Positions 37,548 through 46,812 of a DNA stretch of 64,000 bases are shown piece after piece. Position 1 is the stretch's first letter. Every line of letters starts with the position of its first letter. The DNA is from Escherichia phage vB_EcoM_WFbE185, in the sequence record MK373778.1. The stretch is one strand, 5' to 3'. The notes under the pieces were generated by a model. It searched no databases. It was not told the origin of the DNA and saw only the letters and a list, made by a program, of their open reading frames with translations. The position numbers and the translations under genes are program-made.

Positions 37548-37820
37548 TTAACAAGTGTGAGAAGATGCGACCCAACCACCAGTTTCGAGGCTCAAGTTGT
37601 AGTCGTATTGGTAAACGTCAGCCCATTCAGCATAGCCGTTTTTTGTACAACGTTCAAGATCAGCTTTAAGATGTCCGGGTGAATGATAGGTTCCACCCAT
37701 ACCATAAGCTGGGTACAAGTTGAATGTTGTGTTTTGTTTATCGGCAATTTCTTTGGCAGCCTCAATAGCTGCATAGATTTTTGCTACAGCTTCAGCCAGT
37801 TCGGTTTGTTCTTTAGACAT
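37548..37820 (-). CDS. Small protein, 90 aa, with C-terminal GWVASSxxC tail
   Basis: ORF track; ends GGWVASSHTC. Confidence 0.5.
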   Translation of the reverse strand: MSKEQTELAEAVAKIYAAIEAAKEIADKQNTTFNLYPAYGMGGTYHSPGHLKADLERCTKNGYAEWADVYQYDYNLSLETGGWVASSHTC

Positions 37821-37829
37821 AATGATTCC

Positions 37830-38135
37830 TTAGCACAACGCAGAAGACGAAACCCAAGCACCTTCAGTAATAACGTAACCATTACCTTCACGCTTAACAT
37901 CGCCACCATTATTTTCAATTTCATCTTTCATCCACTGGGATACGATTTCACCCTTAGGATAATAAGTACGACCGCTACCATAATCACCTACAGAAAATGA
38001 TACGGCATATTGGTCTGCGATCTTTGTTGCTTCTTCTTCGATACGTTCAGCTTGATTCAGAAGTTTATAAATTGCATCTGAAGCGGATTTGGCATCATTA
38101 AACTCTGGTACTTTAATTTCAATAATCTTACTCAT
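37830..38135 (-). CDS. Small protein, 101 aa, with C-terminal AWVSSSxxC tail
   Basis: ORF track; ends GAWVSSSALC. Confidence 0.5.
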   Translation of the reverse strand: MSKIIEIKVPEFNDAKSASDAIYKLLNQAERIEEEATKIADQYAVSFSVGDYGSGRTYYPKGEIVSQWMKDEIENNGGDVKREGNGYVITEGAWVSSSALC

Positions 38136-38205
38136 TTTCTACATTCCTTAATAAAGTTTTCGATTGTTTCATTTTCACGTTTAGCTAGGAGTTCATTATA
38201 ACTAT

Positions 38206-38490
38206 TCATTTGAGAAGCGTAAACCCTTTTATTTTCTTGTTATGGTTTATAAAATCGTAGTAAAAATAGACTACAGTACAAAATGATGCGATTGATGCAA
38301 AGGCTTGAGTATATCGTAAGTCCTGCCACTGGTCTGTGAATCCACCAGTGTTCCCTATAAATCCTAACACAACGCCGTCAATAAGAAATCCAACTAATCC
38401 AAAGGCAAATCCCATGCCAATACTCATAATAAAAATTAGAATGTTCTCACCAAGAGAAGGCCATACGGTTAAGAGTTGAGGCTTTTGCAT
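38206..38490 (-). CDS. Membrane protein, 94 aa
   Basis: ORF track; hydrophobic. Confidence 0.5.
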   Translation of the reverse strand: MQKPQLLTVWPSLGENILIFIMSIGMGFAFGLVGFLIDGVVLGFIGNTGGFTDQWQDLRYTQAFASIASFCTVVYFYYDFINHNKKIKGFTLLK

Positions 38491-38894
38491 CTTATTTCCT
38501 TAACGAATTCCATAGCTTCTTCATATTCATACTTTTTAACAGCTTCATCATACTGAGCTTGGGCTTTTGCGCACTGAACTTTCCATTCTCTTAATCGGGC
38601 TCTGTGATGACGGCCTTGGTGCCAATATCCTGCCCAATTAATAGGCATTAATAAAAATGGTACAATAAGTGGGGCGACGAACATTAATGAAAATGCTGCA
38701 TCAGACGATATAACTTTACTAGAATCTAAAACAGCTCCTATAATCATAAAGATTAAAAATGCTAAAGCTAAAATAGGGCCAAATAGTACTTCGTTTGGGA
38801 TTAATTTACGTTTGTATTCGTATGCCCAGGGCTTAATTGGCATGTACAGGGTTGGCTTTGACATATTCTCTACATTCCATAATAAATTGCTCAA
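38469..38894 (-). CDS. Membrane protein, 141 aa
   Basis: ORF track; two predicted helices. Confidence 0.5.
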   Translation of the reverse strand: MSNLLWNVENMSKPTLYMPIKPWAYEYKRKLIPNEVLFGPILALAFLIFMIIGAVLDSSKVISSDAAFSLMFVAPLIVPFLLMPINWAGYWHQGRHHRARLREWKVQCAKAQAQYDEAVKKYEYEEAMEFVKEIRCKSLNS

Positions 38895-39456
38895 GGATTA
38901 AATTGTTAGTGAAATTAGGACTAACAACCATAGTTTCATAAAGCGCATCAATAGCACTTAAAGCATCAACTCTTTTAAGCAAAGGCTTGCCTTCATACAT
39001 AGTTTCAGAATCAACGATTAACGTAAAGTAATATTTTTTATTATCGACTAGAACTTCTGTGTCGATATAAAACATATTAGACCTCAGAAGCTTATCTCTA
39101 AAACCATAATAATCTTCTGAACGTTCGCTGATATATTCCCATTCAGTGTTTAAACAACAAACAGACCACGTAGGAGAAACGAAATCAGTGAATCTAATAT
39201 CATGGTCTGCAACTAGTTTAGCAATAGCTCCGATATCATGAATCATAATACCTGGGGCTAATAAAGATTTTCTGCTATGGCTAGCCGTTTTCTCAGTGGT
39301 CTCATAAGAAGCTGACCAGTACCATTTACGTCCGGTTGCAACATATCGTAATGAATCAACTAAAGACGTAGGTGGATTTACCTTATCTCGGAACTCTTCG
39401 AACATTGAGTCAATATCATTATTTTGGTTTCGCATGTTAACTCCTTTATTATCCAA
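38833..39456 (-). CDS. Hypothetical protein, 207 aa
   Basis: ORF track. Confidence 0.5.
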   Translation of the reverse strand: MDNKGVNMRNQNNDIDSMFEEFRDKVNPPTSLVDSLRYVATGRKWYWSASYETTEKTASHSRKSLLAPGIMIHDIGAIAKLVADHDIRFTDFVSPTWSVCCLNTEWEYISERSEDYYGFRDKLLRSNMFYIDTEVLVDNKKYYFTLIVDSETMYEGKPLLKRVDALSAIDALYETMVVSPNFTNNLILEQFIMECREYVKANPVHAN

Positions 39457-39484
39457 AAGGAGGACCGGAGTCCTCCGTATTATT

Positions 39485-40078
39485 TTATTTCAAAGAGTTA
39501 ATATATTCTTGTACATCAGCAGAAGTGGTTTCGACACCGGCTAGAGTGCCATTAAACGTTTCAACACGAGTCAGAGTGTCTTCGATATCAACCTTAGTCA
39601 GTGCAGCGATTTCAATTACATCATCGGCTGTAGAGATACCAAGGGCATTGGCTGCTCGAGTTTCACGAATGTATTCGAGTTTGATTGCCAGGTTCTGACG
39701 AGCATCGTCAAGTTCAACCACCTTACGAGCAATTTCAATTCGCATAGCGGCATACCCGTCAGCTTTTGTATTAAGTTGTTCGGCAGTTCGACGATACAGA
39801 AGACCAAGCTTAGCATGCATGGTAACATCTTGTCCTTCGGCCAAGAGCTTACGAATTTCACGTTCCTTAGAAGCGGCTTGCTTATTCTTTTCAATAACAA
39901 GTTCGCGAATACGTTTTTCTTCATTAATAGATTTAACAGAGGCCGTTTTTAGTTCTTTGATTTGGGTAATCAACTTATCTGCAGCTGCGTTATACTGTTC
40001 TTCGACAGTCAGATTTTTAGCCATAGCAGTACCCAGTTTAGTGCGGATGAATTCAACAAGTTTCTTCAGTGTGTTCAT
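39485..40078 (-). CDS. Coiled-coil protein, about 197 aa
   Basis: ORF track 39485..40120 trimmed to ATG 40078 (SD AAGG); heptad-rich. Confidence 0.5.
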   Translation of the reverse strand: MNTLKKLVEFIRTKLGTAMAKNLTVEEQYNAAADKLITQIKELKTASVKSINEEKRIRELVIEKNKQAASKEREIRKLLAEGQDVTMHAKLGLLYRRTAEQLNTKADGYAAMRIEIARKVVELDDARQNLAIKLEYIRETRAANALGISTADDVIEIAALTKVDIEDTLTRVETFNGTLAGVETTSADVQEYINSLK

Positions 40079-40118
40079 ATTATTACCTTTCAATTGGTGG
40101 TTTATTATCCATGAGAGC

Positions 40119-40147
40119 ATTATACTCTGCTCTCAAGAGTTTGTAAA
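40119..40147 (-). promoter_or_regulatory. Sigma70-type early promoter
   Basis: TTTACA-17-TATAAT; GAGAGCA/TGCTCTC inverted repeat flanks -10. Confidence 0.55.
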
Positions 40148-40375
40148 TTATTTTTTAATCAAATTGACATAAAACTCTGCGTCTTCGGGGTGCATGCCTT
40201 CGCAGTATTCTTCAACCATGAACTTCTTAACGGCTTCATAAGGACCACTCAGATTAAGCTCAGTTGTCCAGAACTTGGAATCTTGTACTGAATCGATACG
40301 AACTTCAGGGTGACGGTTGCGAATAACTTCTTCTGTGTATTCATAATCAACGACATCAATACTAACTTTAGCCAT
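40148..40375 (-). CDS. Hypothetical acidic protein, 75 aa
   Basis: ORF track. Confidence 0.5.
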   Translation of the reverse strand: MAKVSIDVVDYEYTEEVIRNRHPEVRIDSVQDSKFWTTELNLSGPYEAVKKFMVEEYCEGMHPEDAEFYVNLIKK

Positions 40376-40403
40376 TTTGTTTTCCTCTTGATTTGATAGG
40401 ACT

Positions 40404-40432
40404 ACTATAACATAAACTTACTTAGATGTAAA
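40404..40432 (-). promoter_or_regulatory. Sigma70-type early promoter
   Basis: TTTACA-17-TATAGT. Confidence 0.5.
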
Positions 40433-40586
40433 TTATTTCAACGTCACCTTTAGCTGCTTTATAACCTTCAGCCCAAGATACAACAGAGTTTTTATCTGAG
40501 GATTCAAATTCAGGCATTGGACTTTCACCAATATTCACACAGTATGTTTCTTCATTTTCATCGAACCAAATAATTAAAGTAGTCAT
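40425..40586 (-). CDS. Small acidic protein, 53 aa
   Basis: Hand translation MTTLIIWFDENEETYCVNIGESPMPEFESSDKNSVVSWAEGYKAAKGDVEIIYI; SD GGAG; below cutoff. Confidence 0.35.
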
Positions 40587-40616
40587 TTTGTTTACTCCTC
40601 TGTAGTTGATAAGTCT

Positions 40617-40645
40617 ATAGTATCACCATCCTTGGTGCTTGTACA
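40617..40645 (-). promoter_or_regulatory. Sigma70-type early promoter
   Basis: TGTACA-17-TACTAT; CCAAGGATGG spacer. Confidence 0.5.
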
Positions 40646-40654
40646 TCGTTATTT

Positions 40655-40960
40655 TTAATTTTTCCAACTTAACAACTTGTAGTGTCCTTCATTCGTACGA
40701 GGTTTATCCCAAGAAATACTAATATATGATTCGCTATCAATAGAAGTCGCCGGGTTTTTCTCTACCGTAAGACCTTCACTTTCCAGCCATTCAATAGTAT
40801 TTGCGCATAAATCTGAAGAACACCTCATCGGAAACCGGCAAGATTTTTCACCTTTAGCTGCAGTGTTATACATCTTTTCTAAAATACGCTTTTGCACGTT
40901 TTTAAAAATAGTTTCAGCAGATTCTTCAGATTTTTTATTCAGTTCAGTGTAAAGACTCAT
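40655..40960 (-). CDS. Hypothetical protein, 101 aa
   Basis: ORF track. Confidence 0.5.
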   Translation of the reverse strand: MSLYTELNKKSEESAETIFKNVQKRILEKMYNTAAKGEKSCRFPMRCSSDLCANTIEWLESEGLTVEKNPATSIDSESYISISWDKPRTNEGHYKLLSWKN

Positions 40961-40979
40961 AATATTTTCCTCTGTAGTT

Positions 40980-41008
40980 GATAAGTCTATAATATCATGC
41001 CCTTAGAA
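40980..41008 (-). promoter_or_regulatory. Sigma70-type early promoter
   Basis: GTTTAC-17-TATTAT. Confidence 0.5.
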
Positions 41009-41050
41009 GAAGTAAACATCTTTATGAAATATTTTTATGCCCTAGATACC

Positions 41051-41077
41051 AAAAAGCCCCAACCGTAAGGAAGGGGC
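41051..41077 (-). terminator. Rho-independent terminator, conserved GCCCC...GGGGC motif
   Basis: Minus reads GCCCCTTCCTTACGGTTGGGGCTTTTT. Confidence 0.6.
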
Positions 41078-41085
41078 ATTCTATA

Positions 41086-41550
41086 TTATTTAATTTGTTT
41101 AGCAGACCAGATACGGTCTTTAATAAGTTTTTGGATATCTTCAACATACTCAAGGCTATGAGCGTGAGGATTATCTTTGAAGCTATGTGCTCGAGCGAGT
41201 TTCTGACCTTCAGTTTTGATTACCAAAAGTTCTTTAAGAATTGCTTCATACTTAGAAATAATTCCTTTGGCGATATTTTTTTCTTGAGCTGCTTTAGGGT
41301 CCGCTTTTGGTGATGGTGCTTTACCTGTAGCTTTCTGGAACAATTCACCTGATGCAGCTAGGCTTTTAAAAACTCGACTAACAGTATTAGCATTAGTAAA
41401 TCCTTCAGCTTTAAAATCTCTAATAAAACGGAAACGTTCTTCATCAGAGGCGTCTTTATAAGAATATTTACCTGCTTGAATTGCTGCAATTGCTGCGGCT
41501 TTTACATCTGAACTAGATTGTTCAGTCAAAAATTCTGCATATGATTTCAT
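41086..41550 (-). CDS. Internal protein with capsid-targeting sequence, 154 aa
   Basis: N-terminus MKSYAEFLTEQ; Lys/Ala-rich. Confidence 0.55.
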   Translation of the reverse strand: MKSYAEFLTEQSSSDVKAAAIAAIQAGKYSYKDASDEERFRFIRDFKAEGFTNANTVSRVFKSLAASGELFQKATGKAPSPKADPKAAQEKNIAKGIISKYEAILKELLVIKTEGQKLARAHSFKDNPHAHSLEYVEDIQKLIKDRIWSAKQIK

Positions 41551-41594
41551 GTTACTTTTCCTAAGTTAATTAACTTATCTATTTATTATTATGC

Positions 41595-41622
41595 AAAAAA
41601 GCCCCAACCTTTCGGAAGGGGC
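41595..41622 (-). terminator. Rho-independent terminator, conserved GCCCC...GGGGC motif
   Basis: Minus reads GCCCCTTCCGAAAGGTTGGGGCTTTTTT. Confidence 0.6.
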
Positions 41623-41665
41623 TATATACCTTGTCGGGGTCCCACCTGCTAAGGCAAGTGTTTGT

Positions 41666-41757
41666 ACGAAACGCCGGGATTCGAACCCGGTTATTAAGCA
41701 GTTGACGCTACTCAATATTTTTAAAAGGCCATATCTCGTCCATATCCGAACGTTCCG
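41666..41757 (-). ncRNA. tRNA-like element (canonical T-arm and 7-bp acceptor stem, atypical interior)
   Basis: Minus reads CGGAACG...CCGGGTTCGAATCCCGG-CGTTTCG; the 60-nt interior does not fold as a standard D or anticodon arm. Confidence 0.3.
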
Positions 41758-41925
41758 TCAAAAACGCTACTCGGCTTACGGCAAAGATATTTCCTCGAAT
41801 CGATAATTCTGTGCGCCGTTTCTGCTGTGATGTGAGGGGATATTAACAAATCGTAAAGATTTGTTAAGACCAGTCCTTACTCAGGGAACATCAGTCCGAC
41901 GTCTTGCCGGTAGCGACCCGGCTTC

Positions 41926-42270
41926 TTATTTTGGCATATCATCAATTTGCTCTCGACGCCGACGCCATAGATTAATCGCTTCATAGGCACATTCTGCGTT
42001 TGGTATATGACGGCAATAATATAATGATTCGCGTTTCTGGAACCGATGTTGCAACGGGATTTCGTTTAAAAGGTCTTTACGGTCAAAGTATTCAAAACTA
42101 GTTAACCCGGAACGGTTTTTAAGAAACTTCCAATGTCCGAATTCATTTTTAAAATAAACATAATCAGCATGTTGATATAATGAATTAATTAACCTATCGG
42201 AAATAACTGTTTCACGTTCGTTAAAATAAAACGTTAAATCATGAACTACCAGATACACATTGCCTTTCAT
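41926..42270 (-). CDS. Hypothetical protein, about 114 aa, embedded in the tRNA cluster
   Basis: ORF track 41926..42318 trimmed to ATG 42270 so it does not overlap tRNA-Arg. Confidence 0.45.
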   Translation of the reverse strand: MKGNVYLVVHDLTFYFNERETVISDRLINSLYQHADYVYFKNEFGHWKFLKNRSGLTSFEYFDRKDLLNEIPLQHRFQKRESLYYCRHIPNAECAYEAINLWRRRREQIDDMPK

Positions 42271-42288
42271 ATTTTCCTCACTTGAAGT

Positions 42289-42365
<77 letters not shown>

Positions 42366-42371
42366 AATATA

Positions 42372-42445
42372 TGACCCAGACCAGATTCGAACTGGTAACC
42401 TTTCCCTTATGAGGGGACTGCTGCTAACCATTGAGCTACAGGGCC
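42372..42445 (-). tRNA. tRNA with CAU anticodon (Ile2 or Met)
   Basis: Hand fold: T-arm ACCAG-TTCGAAT-CTGGT, anticodon loop CTCATAA, D-loop AATGGTTA; one mismatch in acceptor stem; CCA not encoded. Confidence 0.6.
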
Positions 42446-42524
42446 TAAATAACTTTCTATTATGAAAGGCACTTTAGAGCACCTTTGGTAATAGAGGGTA
42501 TGAATTAATAATAACACATAATTC

Positions 42525-43040
42525 TTAAAGCAAATCAATCATTTTAACAGTCGGCAAAACGATTTCTTCTTCAATATAAGCAAATTCAACACATTCAACT
42601 ACACGCAAGAAATCATAATCATAATATTCAGAAGCATGGCCAAGAATATCAATGAGACCTTCTGATACTAAATATCCATTCTCATGGAACAGGTCAAATA
42701 CACGCGATTCGTCTTCTTCAGATTTATTACCAAGGTCGACTTCAATATCAAAGACCTTTTTAATGAATTCTGGATAAAGCTGGTCCGAGAACAATCCTTC
42801 AACCAAGTATTCATAGATTAAAAGCGAGCAATCACTGAATAGTGTATTACCACAGTAACGTTCAGCTTTAGTGCTAGAATGACGACTCTTAAATTTCTTC
42901 AAAAGATATTTAAACTGTTGGAGCTCATGCTCTTCCACACCAAATAATGTTTTGGTTTTATAGTTGTCGCCGTCATTTTCCCAAGTAGTGACATCAATTA
43001 CGTAACCCTTAGGAATTGTACTGCCTAAACAAATATTCAT
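42525..43040 (-). CDS. Hypothetical acidic protein, 171 aa
   Basis: ORF track. Confidence 0.5.
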   Translation of the reverse strand: MNICLGSTIPKGYVIDVTTWENDGDNYKTKTLFGVEEHELQQFKYLLKKFKSRHSSTKAERYCGNTLFSDCSLLIYEYLVEGLFSDQLYPEFIKKVFDIEVDLGNKSEEDESRVFDLFHENGYLVSEGLIDILGHASEYYDYDFLRVVECVEFAYIEEEIVLPTVKMIDLL

Positions 43041-43044
43041 TTAC

Positions 43045-43335
43045 TCACCGTACCATATTAATGTAATTATATTCAATGCAACGTAATTTCAAAGGATTTT
43101 TGAAAATATCATATTCAAGAGGACCTTTTTCTGTTTCAATAAAGAAATCAAAGTTCACTGTATTAAATTTACGGTCTTCCCATAGTAATTTGACCTGTGA
43201 AGACGAACGGTCGATATAAACCTTTTCAACCTCAAAGTTAGTCAGAATACCGTAGTCGTCAACTAGTGCTTTAGCTGCACGTTGATCGCTTTCATATCCG
43301 TTCTCAATAGATGACACTTTAGCATAAAGAATCAT
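43045..43335 (-). CDS. Hypothetical protein, 96 aa
   Basis: ORF track. Confidence 0.5.
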   Translation of the reverse strand: MILYAKVSSIENGYESDQRAAKALVDDYGILTNFEVEKVYIDRSSSQVKLLWEDRKFNTVNFDFFIETEKGPLEYDIFKNPLKLRCIEYNYINMVR

Positions 43336-43727
43336 GAATGTTCCACCACTTCAAAGGTGTGAGCATCAACAATATGATACCAGTCAAAATTTTCTTCTGC
43401 GTTTTTATAAATTTCGCGAAGAGCCTCAACGGTTTTTCCTGTAGCAACAAGGTCGTCAATACCACCAAGAGGATAACAGTCGTAACCAGCAAACAGAAGG
43501 AAATTAATAGTTTCTGTAGGTTCTGGATGCAGTGTACCATTGTCATCGACTACTTCAAAGAACATATAACCAGGCGATTTAGATTTAATCCAAGCCCATG
43601 CTTGAGCTGCTGAATCAAATGGTTTGCGTATCAAACGACAATCAGGGTCTTTAGAAGGATTTGCTTCAAAATCCGCATATACGTGATATTTCATTTTACT
43701 CACCTTTTGCAATTTTATCCATAACAA
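43332..43727 (-). CDS. Hypothetical protein, 131 aa
   Basis: ORF track. Confidence 0.5.
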   Translation of the reverse strand: MLWIKLQKVSKMKYHVYADFEANPSKDPDCRLIRKPFDSAAQAWAWIKSKSPGYMFFEVVDDNGTLHPEPTETINFLLFAGYDCYPLGGIDDLVATGKTVEALREIYKNAEENFDWYHIVDAHTFEVVEHS

Positions 43728-43881
43728 TAGCGATTAAACCGATTAGAAATGCTACTACCAATGAGATAGAATTTTCAGTTGTTGTCAGTAGTCCGCAAAT
43801 GAATCCTACAAACATCGAAAAACTAAAAGCCATTGAAGCAATTACTACAGCAACATTACGAATCAGTTCAGCGCGTTTCAT
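43696..43881 (-). CDS. Small membrane protein, about 61 aa
   Basis: ORF track 43696..43902 trimmed to ATG 43881 with SD GGAG. Confidence 0.45.
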   Translation of the reverse strand: MKRAELIRNVAVVIASMAFSFSMFVGFICGLLTTTENSISLVVAFLIGLIAIVMDKIAKGE

Positions 43882-43918
43882 TTTATTTCTCCGTTTACTC
43901 ATTTGTTTTGATAGGACT

Positions 43919-43948
43919 ACTATAACATAGTCCTATCATCATGTAAAC
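43919..43948 (-). promoter_or_regulatory. Sigma70-type early promoter inside perfect palindrome
   Basis: GTTTAC-18-TATAGT; arms GATAGGACTA / TAGTCCTATC at 43910-43937. Confidence 0.55.
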
Positions 43949-43950
43949 TA

Positions 43951-44214
43951 TTAAATTCCAGCTTCGCGTTTAACATAATCAACATAAGCTTCGATAGCTT
44001 TCTTGCTGGTAATTTTTACCTGGCCACGTCCATTGCCTTCTTTAGAGTTTTTCTTAACAACTACATTACCATCTTTAACACCCCATACATGGACATAAGT
44101 ACCGATGTTTCGGTCGTAGAACATTGCATGGTCGTTGTTGTAAGAGAATGATTCGTAGTTCTCCGACAGAGTAGAAGATTGAGATTCAGCGATAAATTCT
44201 TTATACGTTTTCAT
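43951..44214 (-). CDS. Internal protein with capsid-targeting sequence, 87 aa
   Basis: N-terminus MKTYKEFIAES. Confidence 0.6.
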   Translation of the reverse strand: MKTYKEFIAESQSSTLSENYESFSYNNDHAMFYDRNIGTYVHVWGVKDGNVVVKKNSKEGNGRGQVKITSKKAIEAYVDYVKREAGI

Positions 44215-44249
44215 TTGTTTTTCCGTTTGGTTGTTGATTTGATAGGACT

Positions 44250-44279
44250 ACTATAACATAGTCCTATCGGCATGTAAAC
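44250..44279 (-). promoter_or_regulatory. Sigma70-type early promoter inside perfect palindrome
   Basis: TTTACA-17-TATAGT preceded by TG; arms GATAGGACTA / TAGTCCTATC at 44241-44268. Confidence 0.55.
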
Positions 44280-44282
44280 TAC

Positions 44283-44570
44283 TTACAGAAGAGTTTTTGC
44301 AATAATTTTAAGCTGAGCTACAGAAATATGCTTAGCTTTAAACAGTGCAGTCTCTTCGGCCGGAGAGATAACAATAGTAGCGCCGTCTTTCTTAGCAGAC
44401 CATCCGTCCCCTAAGTAAACAGTACCTTTTACTTCTTCACCGTCAACCAGACTAATCATTGGTTTACCCTCACGTCCTTTATTTGCTTTAATAACTTCGG
44501 AAGTAAGGGTTGCTTCGGTTAGAGTAGAAACGTTAGCATCAGGTGATATAAATTCTTTATAGGTTTTCAT
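44283..44570 (-). CDS. Internal protein with capsid-targeting sequence, 95 aa
   Basis: N-terminus MKTYKEFISPDANVSTLTEA. Confidence 0.6.
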   Translation of the reverse strand: MKTYKEFISPDANVSTLTEATLTSEVIKANKGREGKPMISLVDGEEVKGTVYLGDGWSAKKDGATIVISPAEETALFKAKHISVAQLKIIAKTLL

Positions 44571-44604
44571 TTTATTTCCTTGAGGTCGTTTATTTGATAG
44601 AATG

Positions 44605-44634
44605 ATAGTAACACACCATCATCCTTATGTAAAC
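44605..44634 (-). promoter_or_regulatory. Sigma70-type early promoter
   Basis: GTTTAC-18-TACTAT. Confidence 0.45.
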
Positions 44635-44647
44635 TGTTTTGTGAAAA

Positions 44648-45333
<686 letters not shown>

Positions 45334-45337
45334 TTTA

Positions 45338-46072
45338 TTACCTTAAGATTGTTTCAATTTTAGAATAAAGCTCTTCTAAAGAGCCGTCGTTTGTAATAAC
45401 TAAATCGCCTTCTTCAATAGGCAACCCAGCTTCTGTAATATGTTTATCGGTGGATTCCGTACCAGAGCGAACCACATGAATAACTGTAGCACCCATCGCT
45501 CTAGCGGTTTCCATTTCATGGACTTGGCGTGTATCGGTTACAACATAGTAATCGAAATCACTTCCAATATAATCCATATAGTTTAATGCAAAAAGCTTAA
45601 CCCAATACATACGGTCAAATAAATTAACGACAACATCCGTACCGAGGGCTTGCATAAGACGGCGGATTGACCATGTGTCGTTGGTATTATTTATAGCTTC
45701 ACGCAGGGCTTCGTATGGTTTAATATCTAGATATGAATACCCACCTTCTAATGATGATAATACTTTAACATTATTAATTGGTAAATATTGACTTTGTAAA
45801 TAAATTAGCGCTTCTTCCATTAATTCAAGAACATCCAACTTATTGATATTTAATGGTGTTTCACGGTCGTATCCAACACCTTCAAAGTATTCATATTTCA
45901 ACTCAGTGAATACATCAGGGTTTTCAGCATGTTTACGTCCCCAGGCTATTGCTAGAGCGTCTTTAATCGGATATGCCAATTGGTATTTTACGGATTTAAA
46001 GTTTGAATTGATGTAATCAGCAGTGGTGTCTTTACCACTACGTTTGATGCCGCTTAAAAAGATTAGCTCCAT
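45338..46072 (-). CDS. 1: Deoxynucleoside monophosphate kinase gp1
   Basis: 244 aa; P-loop GIKRSGKDT; synteny 57A-1-3. Confidence 0.9.
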   Translation of the reverse strand: MELIFLSGIKRSGKDTTADYINSNFKSVKYQLAYPIKDALAIAWGRKHAENPDVFTELKYEYFEGVGYDRETPLNINKLDVLELMEEALIYLQSQYLPINNVKVLSSLEGGYSYLDIKPYEALREAINNTNDTWSIRRLMQALGTDVVVNLFDRMYWVKLFALNYMDYIGSDFDYYVVTDTRQVHEMETARAMGATVIHVVRSGTESTDKHITEAGLPIEEGDLVITNDGSLEELYSKIETILR

Positions 46073-46125
46073 AGGTTTTCCTCATATAATTTATGAGTGA
46101 TTATAACATACGGAGCTAGAAGCGA

Positions 46126-46716
46126 TTAACGCAAGGAAGGGTGTCTAGAAATGGATTTAGATTCGGCTGCCTGACGTGGTTGTTGAGATACAATGACTTC
46201 GCCATCCTTTTCTATCGTCATATACGCGTAGTGAATAGTTGCTACGCACGTAACGGCAGGGTCAGAGTCTTCAGTGTAACTAAATTCAATTTCACTCAAA
46301 TCAGAAATCCATGGTTTATAGAAATTTGCCGTCAAAACGACTTCAGTCTTATTGTTGTTTAAAATGTGCAAAGTAACAAACTCAGGACCATCGGAGTGGG
46401 CCGTATTATGTCCGGTTATATAGTTATTAGTGCTGAGCATCCATTTATACATGTTCATCCAGGACGTCATGTCTTCATCAACTATAAATCGTACAACAAA
46501 AGGGTCATATTCAAATGTGGTGCCTGCACGCATTGCACGTCCTAACCCCATTGTGCCTGTCACAGTTTCAACAACAGGAATTCTCACACCTGGCAATGGA
46601 GCCGTTTGGGCATTGAGCACAAAACCCGAAGTTCGTGTACTATCTGGGATATCCACAACAAAGTTTGTTATATTTGTTTGGTTAAAAATCTGTCTCGCTG
46701 GACGAGTCATAAGCAC
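46126..46716 (-). CDS. 3: Tail completion / sheath stabiliser gp3 (start uncertain)
   Basis: 196 aa ORF between genes 1 and 2; position-based. Confidence 0.7.
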   Translation of the reverse strand: MLMTRPARQIFNQTNITNFVVDIPDSTRTSGFVLNAQTAPLPGVRIPVVETVTGTMGLGRAMRAGTTFEYDPFVVRFIVDEDMTSWMNMYKWMLSTNNYITGHNTAHSDGPEFVTLHILNNNKTEVVLTANFYKPWISDLSEIEFSYTEDSDPAVTCVATIHYAYMTIEKDGEVIVSQQPRQAAESKSISRHPSLR

Positions 46717-46812
46717 CTCAAAAACGCTTTAATAAAAATGCAGTATAATGGTTTTAGGTCTCTTCCATTAATCTGGTTCAACAGAATATCAGAAGAACGG
46801 AAGAGAATAGAA

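Noticed and set aside
41591-41806. Plus-strand 71-aa ORF in the tRNA region
   Set aside because: Overlaps the terminator hairpin and the tRNA-like element; the region is better explained as non-coding RNA.
41926-42270. Embedded tRNA-region ORF as a GIY-YIG homing endonuclease
   Set aside because: VYL...FYF spacing only loosely resembles GIY-YIG and the protein is too short; left as hypothetical.
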